Notes: generated by a model not told the origin, from the sequence alone. 64,000 nucleotides of DNA from Polyangiales bacterium (GCA_038231275.1 JBBRLQ010000005.1:192001-256000), one strand, 5' to 3'; counted from the first letter of the stretch, positions 9,723 to 19,105 are shown. Made by a program: numbers and translations.

Positions 9723-10492
9723 CACTGCACCGTCACGTCGAAGGACGCCTTGATGGTCTTGGTGTCGTCGGCATACGCGGAGATCGTCGCCTTGCCGACG
9801 GCCGCCGCGGTGATCTGGATCGACGCCGAGTGCGCATCGGTGGCAAGAGTTACGATCGTCGGATCGCTCGTCTCCCACAAAAACGAGTCGACCGCGCCCG
9901 CGAGCGATTGCCCGTTCTGATCTTGCGCGAGGAGCTTGTATTGCGCAGTCGCGAGCTTCGTCATCGTGACGGTCGCGCCGACGCCGCGCTTGCCGGTGAC
10001 GTCCTGGATTTGGACCTTCTTGATCGCACTGATTTTGAGGAGCGTGTAGTCGACGAGCGTGCTGTCGACGGTGCTCTGCGTGTAGATGCCCACGGTGCCG
10101 GGCCTGTTCGCACGGAATTGCCCGTCGCCGAGCCCGTTCATGAAGTCCTGCGACACGACCTTGAGCACCGGGTTGCCGACGTTGGTGTTCGTGTTCGGGG
10201 AGTACTGCAGCCGGAACCGCCCGCCCACCGCGACCTCCGACGGGAAGCACTGCGTTCCGGTCGGAATGCTCACCGGATTCACTTCGCAGCCGGGCAGCGT
10301 CTTGCTTCCCGCCGCGCATGCAGGATCTTGATCTGTGTCGCACTGGTAGAGGAAGACGCCGTGCCCGAGGTTGCCCTCGCGTCCGCTCGACGACGCGGAC
10401 GAGCACGCCGCGATCGCCCCGAGCACCAACGCCGCAGTCCCCGCGTGCGTCCATCCGAAGTTGTGCGCCGTCACACGCATCGAGCTCACCAT
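9722..10492 (-). CDS. Cys-containing lipoprotein with C-terminal Ig-like (Big_2-like) domain
   Basis: IAAC lipobox; WETSDPTIVTL...AVGKATISA Ig-like motif; start at 10492 or 10480. Confidence 0.75.
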   Translation of the reverse strand: MVSSMRVTAHNFGWTHAGTAALVLGAIAACSSASSSGREGNLGHGVFLYQCDTDQDPACAAGSKTLPGCEVNPVSIPTGTQCFPSEVAVGGRFRLQYSPNTNTNVGNPVLKVVSQDFMNGLGDGQFRANRPGTVGIYTQSTVDSTLVDYTLLKISAIKKVQIQDVTGKRGVGATVTMTKLATAQYKLLAQDQNGQSLAGAVDSFLWETSDPTIVTLATDAHSASIQITAAAVGKATISAYADDTKTIKASFDVTVQ

Positions 10493-10516
10493 GGGTTGGA
10501 GGTGGAAGAGAAGGTG

Positions 10517-10705
10517 ATGCGAAGCTGTGAAGGAAGGGGAGGCGCGAGAGCTGCGCGAAGGAAGAAGAGGAGGAGGAAGAAGAAGGAAGAAGAGGAGGAG
10601 GAAGAAGAGGAGGAGGAAGAAGAGGAAGAAGAGGCTGCGAAGGAAGGAGAAGCGAAAGCTGCGCGAGAAGGAAGAGGAAGCGAGAGCTCCAAGCGAAGGA
10701 AGAAA
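10517..10705. repeat. purine-rich low-complexity tract (78 nt of uninterrupted A/G at 10557-10634) with degenerate GCGARAGCTG...GAAGGAAG units
   Basis: Direct reading of the sequence. Confidence 0.9.
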
Positions 10706-10751
10706 GCGCGGGTCCCTCGGGTTGAGCGACCCCGTTACGGGAGAGCTCTTG

Positions 10752-10767
10752 AGCAAGGCGCGTGCCC
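10752..10767 (-). promoter_or_regulatory. sigma54 (-24/-12) promoter for the lipoprotein pair
   Basis: GGGCACGCGCCTTGCT on the minus strand: GG-N10-GC with GGCAC and TTGC. Confidence 0.7.
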
Positions 10768-10896
10768 CGCGGATTTCAGCGGAAATTGCCGGGTTTCACG
10801 CGCAGCCGCCCGCTCGACCGTGTTCCTCCGGGGAGGGCGGCCCTGACACGCCTGCCAGGGTCGGGCGGCTGTCCGAATCCCCGCCCGCGCGATTGC

Positions 10897-10926
10897 TTGA
10901 CAGCGCGTGCCCACGAGCGGTATCCG
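10897..10926 (+). promoter_or_regulatory. sigma70-like promoter of tRNA-Val
   Basis: TTGACA-18 nt-TATCCG just upstream of the tRNA. Confidence 0.55.
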
Positions 10927-10938
10927 TCGCCTCCCCTT

Positions 10939-11010
<72 letters not shown>

Positions 11011-11025
11011 CAAGAAAACCTCGAA

Positions 11026-11065
11026 AAAAACGGCCATTCGCAGGCGCAATGCGGTGGCCGTTTTT
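11026..11065 (+). terminator. intrinsic terminator downstream of the tRNA, possibly bidirectional
   Basis: AAAAACGGCCATTCGCA-7 nt-TGCGGTGGCCGTTTTT hairpin flanked by A and T runs. Confidence 0.7.
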
Positions 11066-11068
11066 GCG

Positions 11069-11512
11069 TTAAGGGCGATGCATACCCCGATGCATACCCC
11101 GACCGGCTTCGAGGGCTTCACGCACCCCCGCGAGGTCGATCACCTTGGCGATGGCGCGCTGCTTCTCGTCCGCCGCCACGGTTGAATAGTGGTGCTGCAT
11201 GGTCTCCGTCGCGTGACCTGAGATGGCTCGCGTCACGAGGTCCTTCACCTCGGCGGCGCGGGCAAGATCCTGAAACGTGCGCCGCATGGCCCGCGGGCTG
11301 ATGTGCTGCTTCAGCTCGAGGGCCTTCGCGACCGTTGCGAACGGCTTCTTCAGGGCCGACCGACTCCGGAAACGACCATCCTCCGCCGGGAAGAGCAACT
11401 CCGACGAGCGCATCTCGTCGGTCGAGAGCTGCGTCTCGACGTGCCATTGGAGGATCTCGACCAAGGTCGGCGGCAGCGTGATGCGCTGCCGGATCTTGGT
11501 CTTGGTGGTTTC
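11069..11512 (-). pseudogene. tyrosine recombinase/integrase, C-terminal fragment
   Basis: TTKTK...LLFP...ISPRAMRRTF...ISGH...MQHHY catalytic region; the N-terminal part is missing. Confidence 0.85.
11075..11105 (+). repeat. tandem GATGCATACCCC x2, with a further copy at 12611-12631; candidate integrase arm-type sites
   Basis: GCGATGCATACCCC occurs near both att ends. Confidence 0.65.
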
Positions 11513-11645
11513 TCTCCCACCCCAAGGACTTGATCGCGTACCCCAACTCGATGAGCACGTTCGGGTTGGGCCAGGGCCGCTCGCCGTCGTCGCCCGCAAT
11601 GATGGAGATGTCGGCCACGAAAACATCGGCCGAATCGATCTTTCC
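11510..11645 (-). pseudogene. fragment of a TIR-like/nucleoside deoxyribosyltransferase-like domain gene
   Basis: KIDSADVFVADISII...PNPNVLIELGYAIKSLGWER, abutting the integrase fragment in another frame. Confidence 0.6.
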
Positions 11646-11888
11646 GTGCGCCCGTCTTGGGGGCTTCCTCGTCACCTCCACGCTCGCCGCTTTCACTGCC
11701 CGTCTTGGTCGTGTTCTCGCAACGGCGATCGGTGCGCGAAGGTACTACTGCAGCGCGGTCGAAGTCGAACGCTTGTGCGTGCGCTTTTTCGCGGCGATCC
11801 GCTACTCGTCGCGCAGCTGCATACCCGCCTGGATCCCCTCGCTCAACGCGGGAGGATCGGCGTCGGAACGCGGCTAGTCTCACGGGCG

Positions 11889-12641
11889 GTGAAGAAGACC
11901 CCGAACCCCTACGTCCCGCCCAACGCACCGTCGGAGACACCGCCGATCACCGCGCCGCGCGCGAGCGGCGCGCTCTTGCTCGCCTTTGCGCTCGGGGTTC
12001 TTGGGGGTGGCGTTCTCGTCGCCCAGTTCTCGTTCGGGCTGCGCAGGTTTGGAGGTCTCGAGTACGTGCCGCGCGTCGTCGTGCTCGCCGCGACGCGCGC
12101 CCTGGCGGGCGGTCCCGCGGCGCTTGCCGCAGGACTCGTTGCCGTTCGTGCACTTCACCGCGCTGGGCCGCGAAACGAGCGCGCCCTGCCGGGGGCATGG
12201 GCATTCGTCGCGACGCTCACCGCAGCGATCCCCTCCTACGTTGGGCTCCTCACCGGCGCCATCGGCACGTCAGTCGCCTTCGGGATCGCCGTCGCGCTTT
12301 ACCCAGAGGCGATGCGGACGGGGGTGGAGCTCGGGGACGCGCTCGTCGGGGTTGCGCACGTGCTCGTCGACGCGTGCGTCGTCGCCGGCGTCGTCCACTT
12401 CGGCCGCCGCGCGTGGCGCTCCCCCGCCTGGAGCCTCACCGGCAAGTGGGTCGTGGCGTTCCTCGTCCTCCGAATCGCGTCCACTCTCGCCTCGACGCTC
12501 GCTTCGCTCGCGATACCAGGCGCCGACGCCGATCCGACGCCGACTCAACTACGGGACCCTACTGGCAACCGGTTGGGGTCTCGCGGACCGATTTTTGACC
12601 CTCGATGTCCGCGATGCATACCCCCCGACCGCATCGATTAA
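11889..12641 (+). CDS. multi-pass membrane protein, distantly MlaE-like
   Basis: Several hydrophobic helices; GGVLVAQ...LRRFGG...VVVLAATR resembles the MlaE N-terminal motif; GTG start. Confidence 0.5.
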   Translation: MKKTPNPYVPPNAPSETPPITAPRASGALLLAFALGVLGGGVLVAQFSFGLRRFGGLEYVPRVVVLAATRALAGGPAALAAGLVAVRALHRAGPRNERALPGAWAFVATLTAAIPSYVGLLTGAIGTSVAFGIAVALYPEAMRTGVELGDALVGVAHVLVDACVVAGVVHFGRRAWRSPAWSLTGKWVVAFLVLRIASTLASTLASLAIPGADADPTPTQLRDPTGNRLGSRGPIFDPRCPRCIPPDRID

Positions 12642-12667
12642 CTGCGCGAAACCGCGTTGGCGTCGCG

Positions 12668-12712
12668 TTGACACGGTAGGGGTCGTTGGTTCAACCCCAA
12701 TCGCGCCTACAA
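12668..12712 (+). repeat. att repeat: duplicated 3' half of tRNA-Val
   Basis: TTGACACGGTAGGGGTCGTTGGTTCAACCCCAATCGCGCCTACAA. Confidence 0.95.
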
Positions 12713-12732
12713 ATACGGCACTTTAGAACAAG

Positions 12733-12764
12733 CGGGTTGAGCGTTTCGGCGCTCAACCCGTTTT
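12733..12764 (+). terminator. intrinsic terminator, probably the displaced pre-insertion tRNA terminator
   Basis: CGGGTTGAGCG-TTTCGG-CGCTCAACCCG-TTTT. Confidence 0.85.
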
Positions 12765-12996
12765 CGTTTCCTCTCCCGGCGGAGCACCGCCCTCCCCCCG
12801 ATACAGATTCCGCTCGCCGCGGGCGCGGACTCGTCAACGGCGATCTTCCTCAGAGGGTGGGACGTCCACGAGAACAAGTCCCCGGACACCGCCCGCATGC
12901 TCGTCTTCATGTACCCGATCGAAGGAACCCAACCTGTCGTGTGAACCGGAGCGACCTGAAGCGCGCGCCAGTTCTCGATGGCGACCGAGGCGGAGA

Positions 12997-15165
12997 CTAA
13001 GGCGCGCGCCGCTTGCCAAAGAAGGTCTCGAGCTCGTCGAGCTCGAAGCCGAGCTCCGGATCCGTCAGGGCCGTCGTGAAGCGCTCGGCGCTCGCCCGGA
13101 GGCGATCGCGCTCCGTCGTGTCGCCGAGGAGGCGCGCGACCTCGCGGCGATCGGAGAGGTCGCCGAGGAAGCTGGACGCTCCGCACGTCAAGCACGCCGC
13201 CGGGAACGAGTCGGATCGGAACCAGCGCTCGAGCGGGCCGCGATCGGGTCCGAGCTGCGGCAGCGCGCGCGGGAGCGTCGTCCGTCCCGTCGAGCGTTGT
13301 TCGGTGAGCACGCGCACGACCTCGGCCGCATCTCGGCTGCGTGCCGCGTCGAAGACCGCCTTGCTCTCGGGCCAGATTCGATCGACGACCGGCTCCTCCC
13401 ACGTTGCTCCCGGCAGGACCAGCCGGGCCATCTGCCGGGCCGCCTGCGAGGTGTACGGCTCGCCGATCGCCGTGTAGCGCTTCATTCGCGCGGGATCGTC
13501 CGCGTAGAGGGCCGCGGCGCCTGCGACCGCCAGGGTGATCGTGAGGAGGGCGCGTTCGTCCTCGACGGCCTTCGTCTCGAGCTCGCTCTTGGACGTGGAA
13601 TGGTGGAAGGTTCGCCCCTCTTCGACCATCGCCGCGACTCGATCGAGAAAGGGGCGGTACGGCGCCGCCCGCTCGGGAAAGCCGGCGTAGGCGTAGAAGA
13701 GCGTGAGCTCCGCGGCGAAGGTCGCAAGAAGCGGCTGGAGCTGGTCGACGTCGATGGTGAAGTACCGTTCGACGCCGTCGGCGACGACGAAGCGATCCAG
13801 GAGGTCGCGCTCGAGGGCGACGGGTCGCGACGCCAGGCGCGAGCGCGTCGCGACGACGGAGGTGAAGGTCTCGCCGACGGCGTCGTAGCGAGCGTCGCGG
13901 AGGAACGTCGGCCGCGGCCAGTCGTCTTCCCCGAGGTACTGGCCGTTCGAGTCGAGCTCGCGCGCCGCCTTGGCGAAGGGGCGCGTCGAGCAGACCTTCA
14001 CGAAGCGCGGACCGCCAGCGCGGGGCGTCCGCGCCCGCGTCTCGAGGATCTCCAGAATGCACTGGAGGTGCCGCTTCTCCGGTGTGCTCGGGCCGGGATA
14101 GAACTGGGCCTCCATCCGCCGGACGGTGCTTGCCGCGCGATCGAACGCGTGGGCGAGGAGGTGCGTCTCCACCTCGGCGAGCGAAGGGAGGGGCGCAGAG
14201 TCCATCGTCGCGACCGGCGCGGCCTCCGCGAACGCGGCGCTCGCAAGCGCGAATTCCCCCGCCGCGTAATGCGCCATCGCGCGCGCGTAGGCGTCGTCGC
14301 AGCCCAAGGGCGCGGGGATCTCGTAGCGCGAGAGCCTCTCGAGCACGGGGGCGCGACACGCCGGCTCGTTGGCGCTCGCATCGACGGTCCCCTGCGGGCC
14401 GCGCGCCCGCGCCGGACGGTCGACGCGGGCGGCTGCCCCCGCGAGGGCGGCTCCGACGACGACCGAGGCGACGGCCGCGGGCAAGACGACGCGCCTCGAC
14501 GATGCCCGCCGTCGCGAGGTCGTCGAGGCGACCGCGATCATCGCCTCACCGAGGCCGGCGGAGACGGGGCCGGGCTTCATGCTCAGCACCTTCGAGCGCC
14601 CGCGGTAGAGCGCATCGTCGTCCGGCGCGGGCTCGACCGAACCGCGCGCCCGAACGCGATCGCCGTCCTGCACGACGCGAAATTGCCCGACGCGCTTCTT
14701 CACCTTCGCGTGGGCGAGCGGCGCGGCCCCGAGCGCCGGCGCGCGGTCGAGCGACGCGGTGTGCTCGGTCTCGATCGCGCCGCGTAGCACCTGCGCCGGC
14801 CCGTCGAGGAGCGCGCGCCCGGCTCCGCCGTCGAGCTCGATCGCGAACCCCTGGGGTGCCGTCGAACAGCTCACCGCGTACGCGTTCACCTCATCGAGGA
14901 ACGACGTCCCGTACGGATGGAACGACGCGAGGTGCGCCGTGGCGGCAGCCCCTCCGTCGCCGAGCGAGACCAACTTCCCTTCGACGGTGATCACCTCGCT
15001 CCGCGCAGCCCCAAACGCATTCGCGGGCGAAGTTGGAGGTCCGAGCTCCGCCAGGATGTGCGCATGTCGCCTGCTTTCGCGCACCCGCTCCAGCCAGGTG
15101 ACGACGCCGCCAACGAGCGCCATGAGCGCCACCGGAGCGAGCCCAACGAAGACGATCAGCCACAC
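12997..15165 (-). CDS. hypothetical membrane-anchored protein
   Basis: Long ORF with two hydrophobic segments and a helical C-terminal part; GTG start at 15165 preceded by TAGGAT. Confidence 0.6.
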   Translation of the reverse strand: MWLIVFVGLAPVALMALVGGVVTWLERVRESRRHAHILAELGPPTSPANAFGAARSEVITVEGKLVSLGDGGAAATAHLASFHPYGTSFLDEVNAYAVSCSTAPQGFAIELDGGAGRALLDGPAQVLRGAIETEHTASLDRAPALGAAPLAHAKVKKRVGQFRVVQDGDRVRARGSVEPAPDDDALYRGRSKVLSMKPGPVSAGLGEAMIAVASTTSRRRASSRRVVLPAAVASVVVGAALAGAAARVDRPARARGPQGTVDASANEPACRAPVLERLSRYEIPAPLGCDDAYARAMAHYAAGEFALASAAFAEAAPVATMDSAPLPSLAEVETHLLAHAFDRAASTVRRMEAQFYPGPSTPEKRHLQCILEILETRARTPRAGGPRFVKVCSTRPFAKAARELDSNGQYLGEDDWPRPTFLRDARYDAVGETFTSVVATRSRLASRPVALERDLLDRFVVADGVERYFTIDVDQLQPLLATFAAELTLFYAYAGFPERAAPYRPFLDRVAAMVEEGRTFHHSTSKSELETKAVEDERALLTITLAVAGAAALYADDPARMKRYTAIGEPYTSQAARQMARLVLPGATWEEPVVDRIWPESKAVFDAARSRDAAEVVRVLTEQRSTGRTTLPRALPQLGPDRGPLERWFRSDSFPAACLTCGASSFLGDLSDRREVARLLGDTTERDRLRASAERFTTALTDPELGFELDELETFFGKRRAP

Positions 15166-15353
15166 CCAGCAGATCCTACGCGCGATCGGTGCGTGGCCTC
15201 CCCGGGCGCGGGCGAACGCGACGTCTTGGCGGATGGGTACGCGCCGACTCCATACGCATACCCCGGTGCCTAGGCCGGTCGCATAGCGCGTGCTAAATTT
15301 CCTCGGATGGACGGAGCGTACGGATTCGGCCATCGGGACAGAGGAGGCACTCA

Positions 15354-16556
15354 ATGCGCACGCGTCCATTGAAGCGGGTCGTGGGCATCGCGGGCGTCGT
15401 TGCCATCTCCATCGCCGCATGCGGCGGAGGCAGCAGCTCAACGTTCAACGACGGCCAGAGCAGCAGCAGCAGCGGGTCCTCGGGAGGGACCTCCGGCGAT
15501 ATCCTGGGCGGAGACGGCGGCAGCAGCAGTGGCAGCAGCGGGAGCAGCGGGAGCAGCGGGAGCAGCAGCGGCGGCCCCGGACCTGGGGTCGTGGCGACCT
15601 GCATCGTCGGCAGCCAGGGTTGCCTTTGCGATTCGCGCGGGCAGTGCGCGCCACCGTTGACGTGCGTGCCGCAGCCAGGTGGTGGGCCCCCCCTCTGCTG
15701 CAGCGGCTCGAACTGCGCGGGCACGGGTGGGGGTGGCGGCATCGGTACCGTCTGCCCGCCGGGCACGGGCGGTGGAGCGGCCTGCACGCCGGGCTCCGTC
15801 ACCATTCCGCCCGTGACCGCCGGCAACGACAGCTGCGGCTACTCCACCGGGACATTCAACGAGAACATCATCTTCTGTGGGATGACGGCCGCCGGCGGCG
15901 GCGCCGCACCGGCCACCATCAATGTCTTTTACAACGACGAACATGCCATACCGCTCGGTTGCGCAAATGCGACGAATCCGGTCTCGGCGTACCCCGGCAC
16001 CCCGACCGCGCTCTACTATCCACAGACGGGCGACCCGGCGTGCACAGATACCGTCAAGCGGCCCATGCGCCCGGTGCTCTACATCACCGACATCACGGCG
16101 GACCCAAACTGCACCACCGGCGATCAGCAAAAGGGCGGGACTCCGTACTATCCAGTTGCCATATTCGGCTCTTGGAAGACCGCTTCGGAGAACGGCACCA
16201 TTGGCCAGCCCACCGGAGGCGATCCCGCTTCGAACGGTTGGAACCTCGGAGCGGGCGCTGACCCGGTGCCCGCCGCCGTGAAGGCGGTCTGCAGCGGCAG
16301 CGGGTTCGGCACGGAAATACAGTTCGCGGCTGGCCTCATCCCGGGCCATTCGTACCGCCTTCAGACCATCCTCCACGATGGCGATCAGACGCGAGGCGCC
16401 GACTCCGGCGAAGGTTGCGCGGTTTTCTGCGCATCGGCAGGCGTAGCGTGCCAGCCCGCGTGCGGTGCATGCACCGGCAACGCTGGCTGCTGCTCGGGCC
16501 TGACGTGTAGCAACGGCGTGTGTGGGCCCTGTACCGACGGCGGCATCATAAGATGA
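15354..16556 (+). CDS. Cys-rich lipoprotein with Gly/Ser linker
   Basis: RBS GAGGAGG; IAAC lipobox; SSG repeats; Cys clusters at both ends; YRLQTILHDGDQ. Confidence 0.8.
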   Translation: MRTRPLKRVVGIAGVVAISIAACGGGSSSTFNDGQSSSSSGSSGGTSGDILGGDGGSSSGSSGSSGSSGSSSGGPGPGVVATCIVGSQGCLCDSRGQCAPPLTCVPQPGGGPPLCCSGSNCAGTGGGGGIGTVCPPGTGGGAACTPGSVTIPPVTAGNDSCGYSTGTFNENIIFCGMTAAGGGAAPATINVFYNDEHAIPLGCANATNPVSAYPGTPTALYYPQTGDPACTDTVKRPMRPVLYITDITADPNCTTGDQQKGGTPYYPVAIFGSWKTASENGTIGQPTGGDPASNGWNLGAGADPVPAAVKAVCSGSGFGTEIQFAAGLIPGHSYRLQTILHDGDQTRGADSGEGCAVFCASAGVACQPACGACTGNAGCCSGLTCSNGVCGPCTDGGIIR

Positions 16557-16611
16557 TTCGCCAAAACCACCCGCACTTGCGCATGTAGTCCAGCCGTTCA
16601 GTTCCCCAGGC

Positions 16612-17944
16612 TGTGCCCTCCTCTTCCTCGCGCTCGGGCTCTACGGTTTCTTCTACCTCGTCCTCCACTTCACCGAGATCGTGACGCGTCGCTACCTCCA
16701 GATCGGCACGGCGGCGCTCGTGCTCTTTACGCCGCTCGCGATCACGTCGACCGACGCGATGATCTCGCGCCTCGGGCCGCGCCGGTGGAAGCGTCTGCAC
16801 CGGATCACGTACCTGGCGACCTCGCTGGGATGCATCCACTACATCCTCCTCGTCAAATCCGACGTCCGCCAGCCGGTCGCGTTCGCCGCCGTCGTCGGAG
16901 CGCTGCTGCTATTTCGCGTCGGCGATTACTATCTGACGCTGCGCCGGCACCAGGCGAGGCCGGTCGCCGTGAGCACGCCGGCGCGGATGAAGTTTTGGTC
17001 AGGCAAGCTCGTCGTCGCACGAACGTTCGACGAGACCCACGACGTCCGCACCTTTCGTCTCGCGCCGGTCGGCGGCGTCTTGCCTTTCTCCTAAGGCCGA
17101 GGACGGCTACGCGTCGCACCATTTGCACGACCACTTCAAGGATGGCTCCCTGCTCGAGGTGTCGGTGCCCGCAGGCCGCTTCGTCTTCGACGGACAAGGG
17201 CACGACAAGGTCCTCCTCATCGGCGGGGGCGTGGGGATCACGCCGGTGATGTCGATGCTGCGCGCGCTCACCGATCGCTCGTGGCCAGGGCGGATCGAAC
17301 TGGTCTTCGCCGCGCGGACTGCCGCGGACATCATCTTTCGCGAGGAGCTCGACTACCTCGTCAAGCGCTTCCCGAACTTGCGCGTCACCGTCACGCTGTC
17401 GCGCGAGCCGAAGGACAGCGCGTGGTCCGGCGAGCGCGGGCAGATCGGCCGTGAGCTGCTCGCGCGCGTCCTGCCGGAGCCAAGGGCGACGCCGGTGTAC
17501 CTCTGCGGCCCGGGCCCCCTGATGACCGCCGTGCGGGCGGTCCTCACGGAGGTGGGCGTCCCCGAGATGAACATCCATGTGGAGGCGTTCGTTTCTCCGC
17601 CGCGCGCTCCGGACATGGAAGACGGCGCCGCCGAGGAGCAGGCGCGCGACGACGCCGAGACGCCGGCGCGCGACGCGGGCACGATGGTCTCCGTGCGCTT
17701 CGCAAAGTCTGGCGTCAGCGCCGATCTCGGCGATGGGAAGACGCTGCTCGAGGCGGCAGAGGAGGTGGGCGTCGACATTCCCTTCGACTGCCGGTCGGGC
17801 ATCTGCGGCCAGTGCAAGACCCAGCTGCTCGACGGGCGCGTCGTCATGGCCGTGCAAGACGCGCTGACCGCAGGCGACCGCAAGCGAAGGCTCGTCCTCG
17901 CGTGCCAGGCGCGCGCCGTCAGCGACGTCGCCGTAGACGCGTGA
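16612..17944 (+). pseudogene. decayed MsrQ(YedZ)-like ferric reductase TM + FAD/NAD reductase + 2Fe-2S ferredoxin fusion
   Basis: LGLYGFFYLVLHF, LAITS...WKRLHR..Y...HY; GGGVGITP, YLCGP; CRSGICGQC...LAC; no N-terminus; stop and frameshift at about 17092 remove the PGQ/RxYS FAD motif. Confidence 0.8.
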
Positions 17945-18038
17945 CCCGCAACCACAGCGCGAGCCCAAAGCCCGAACGCCCGCTAACATGGACGTTCTCG
18001 TTACGCGGAGCTGGCCGCGTCGAAGGGGGAGATCATCC

Positions 18039-18911
18039 ATGTACCGCGATGCACTCGCCGACCAACTCGCGCACGCGCGCATGCGAAGCGAAGAGACGAC
18101 GACGCGCGGGCGCCGAGCGCTGGAGAAGGAGTTCGGCGCCCAGGCAAGAGAGGTGCTCGGGAGCGAGCTCGAGCGCGCACGGGAGCTCGATTTTTCGACC
18201 GCTTCGCTCGAAGCGATCGCAGCCATCGACGCGAGCTCCGCGGCCCTCGAGGGCGCCATCGCGCGCGTCGAAGACGAATCGGCCAAAGAGGCCACGCGCG
18301 CGGCGGCGTTCGCGCCGGTGGGGGCGCCGTCTCCCGAGGCGGTCGTCTACAGCCCCGAGTTCGAGGGGTTCACGTCTTCCTTCAAGGGGCTCTTCGGGGC
18401 CGTCAAGGCCGTCGAGGTTTGCGACGCGCTGCGGGCCGCCGCCCTTCACTGGGCCGCGCAGGCATCGGGCGTCGTCCTCGTGGAGGCGTCTCCCGACGCG
18501 GCGTCGCTCCACTTCATGCATCGCGAGCTCCCGTTCCGTCTCGGCCTGGTCGCGAAGTACCACACCGAGAACGCGTCGGTGAGCGCGGTCCTGACCTCTC
18601 AGGCAAGACCGACCACGTCGTGGATTTCGATCCGCGCGCAGCACATGGGTGACGATCTGGCGTCCCTCTTCGGCGCTCGCGAGTTCACGTTCGGGGACGA
18701 CGAGTTCGACGGGCTCTACTTCGTCTCCGGCGATCCGGCGGTGTTGCGCGCCGTCCTCGGAGTGCCCGCGCGGCGGTCGCTCGTGAGTTTCGCCCGCCGG
18801 CACGTCCCTACGGTGCGGGTGGGGGAGGGCAAGGCTTCGCTCCTCCTGCCGGCCGACGTCGACCTGGCCGGCGCCTGCGAGCTGCTCGCGTCGTGCTTCG
18901 CCGGGTTGTAG
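18039..18911 (+). CDS. hypothetical protein
   Basis: RBS GGGGGAG; MYRD start; FGDDEFDGLYFVSG. Confidence 0.6.
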   Translation: MYRDALADQLAHARMRSEETTTRGRRALEKEFGAQAREVLGSELERARELDFSTASLEAIAAIDASSAALEGAIARVEDESAKEATRAAAFAPVGAPSPEAVVYSPEFEGFTSSFKGLFGAVKAVEVCDALRAAALHWAAQASGVVLVEASPDAASLHFMHRELPFRLGLVAKYHTENASVSAVLTSQARPTTSWISIRAQHMGDDLASLFGAREFTFGDDEFDGLYFVSGDPAVLRAVLGVPARRSLVSFARRHVPTVRVGEGKASLLLPADVDLAGACELLASCFAGL

Positions 18912-19019
18912 GCGCTCGGCATGCCGATGGCGCTGCCGAACACGCGACGCGAGCTACGGGACGTCGACCTTGGCAGTGGCACCGTGTTCGTGGTTCGAGC
19001 AGGCGCACGCATCCCCAAA

Positions 19020-19105
19020 CTCTGACCCTCGTGGCGATCGCCTACCGCGGCAAGCTCGTTCTGGACGAGTACTTCTACGGCTTCGATCGCGACGGGACCC
19101 CGTAG
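19020..19105 (+). pseudogene. fragment of a serine hydrolase (beta-lactamase family)
   Basis: LVAIAYRGKLVLDEYFYGFDRD resembles the segment preceding SxxK, then a stop. Confidence 0.5.

Noticed and set aside
12668-12712. Second tRNA-Val gene
   Set aside because: Only the 3' half is present (no 5' acceptor strand or D-arm); it is the att duplication
11816-15265. Extra GCATACCC partial matches at about 11819 and 15256 as further arm sites
   Set aside because: Only 8-9 bp and not adjacent to an att core
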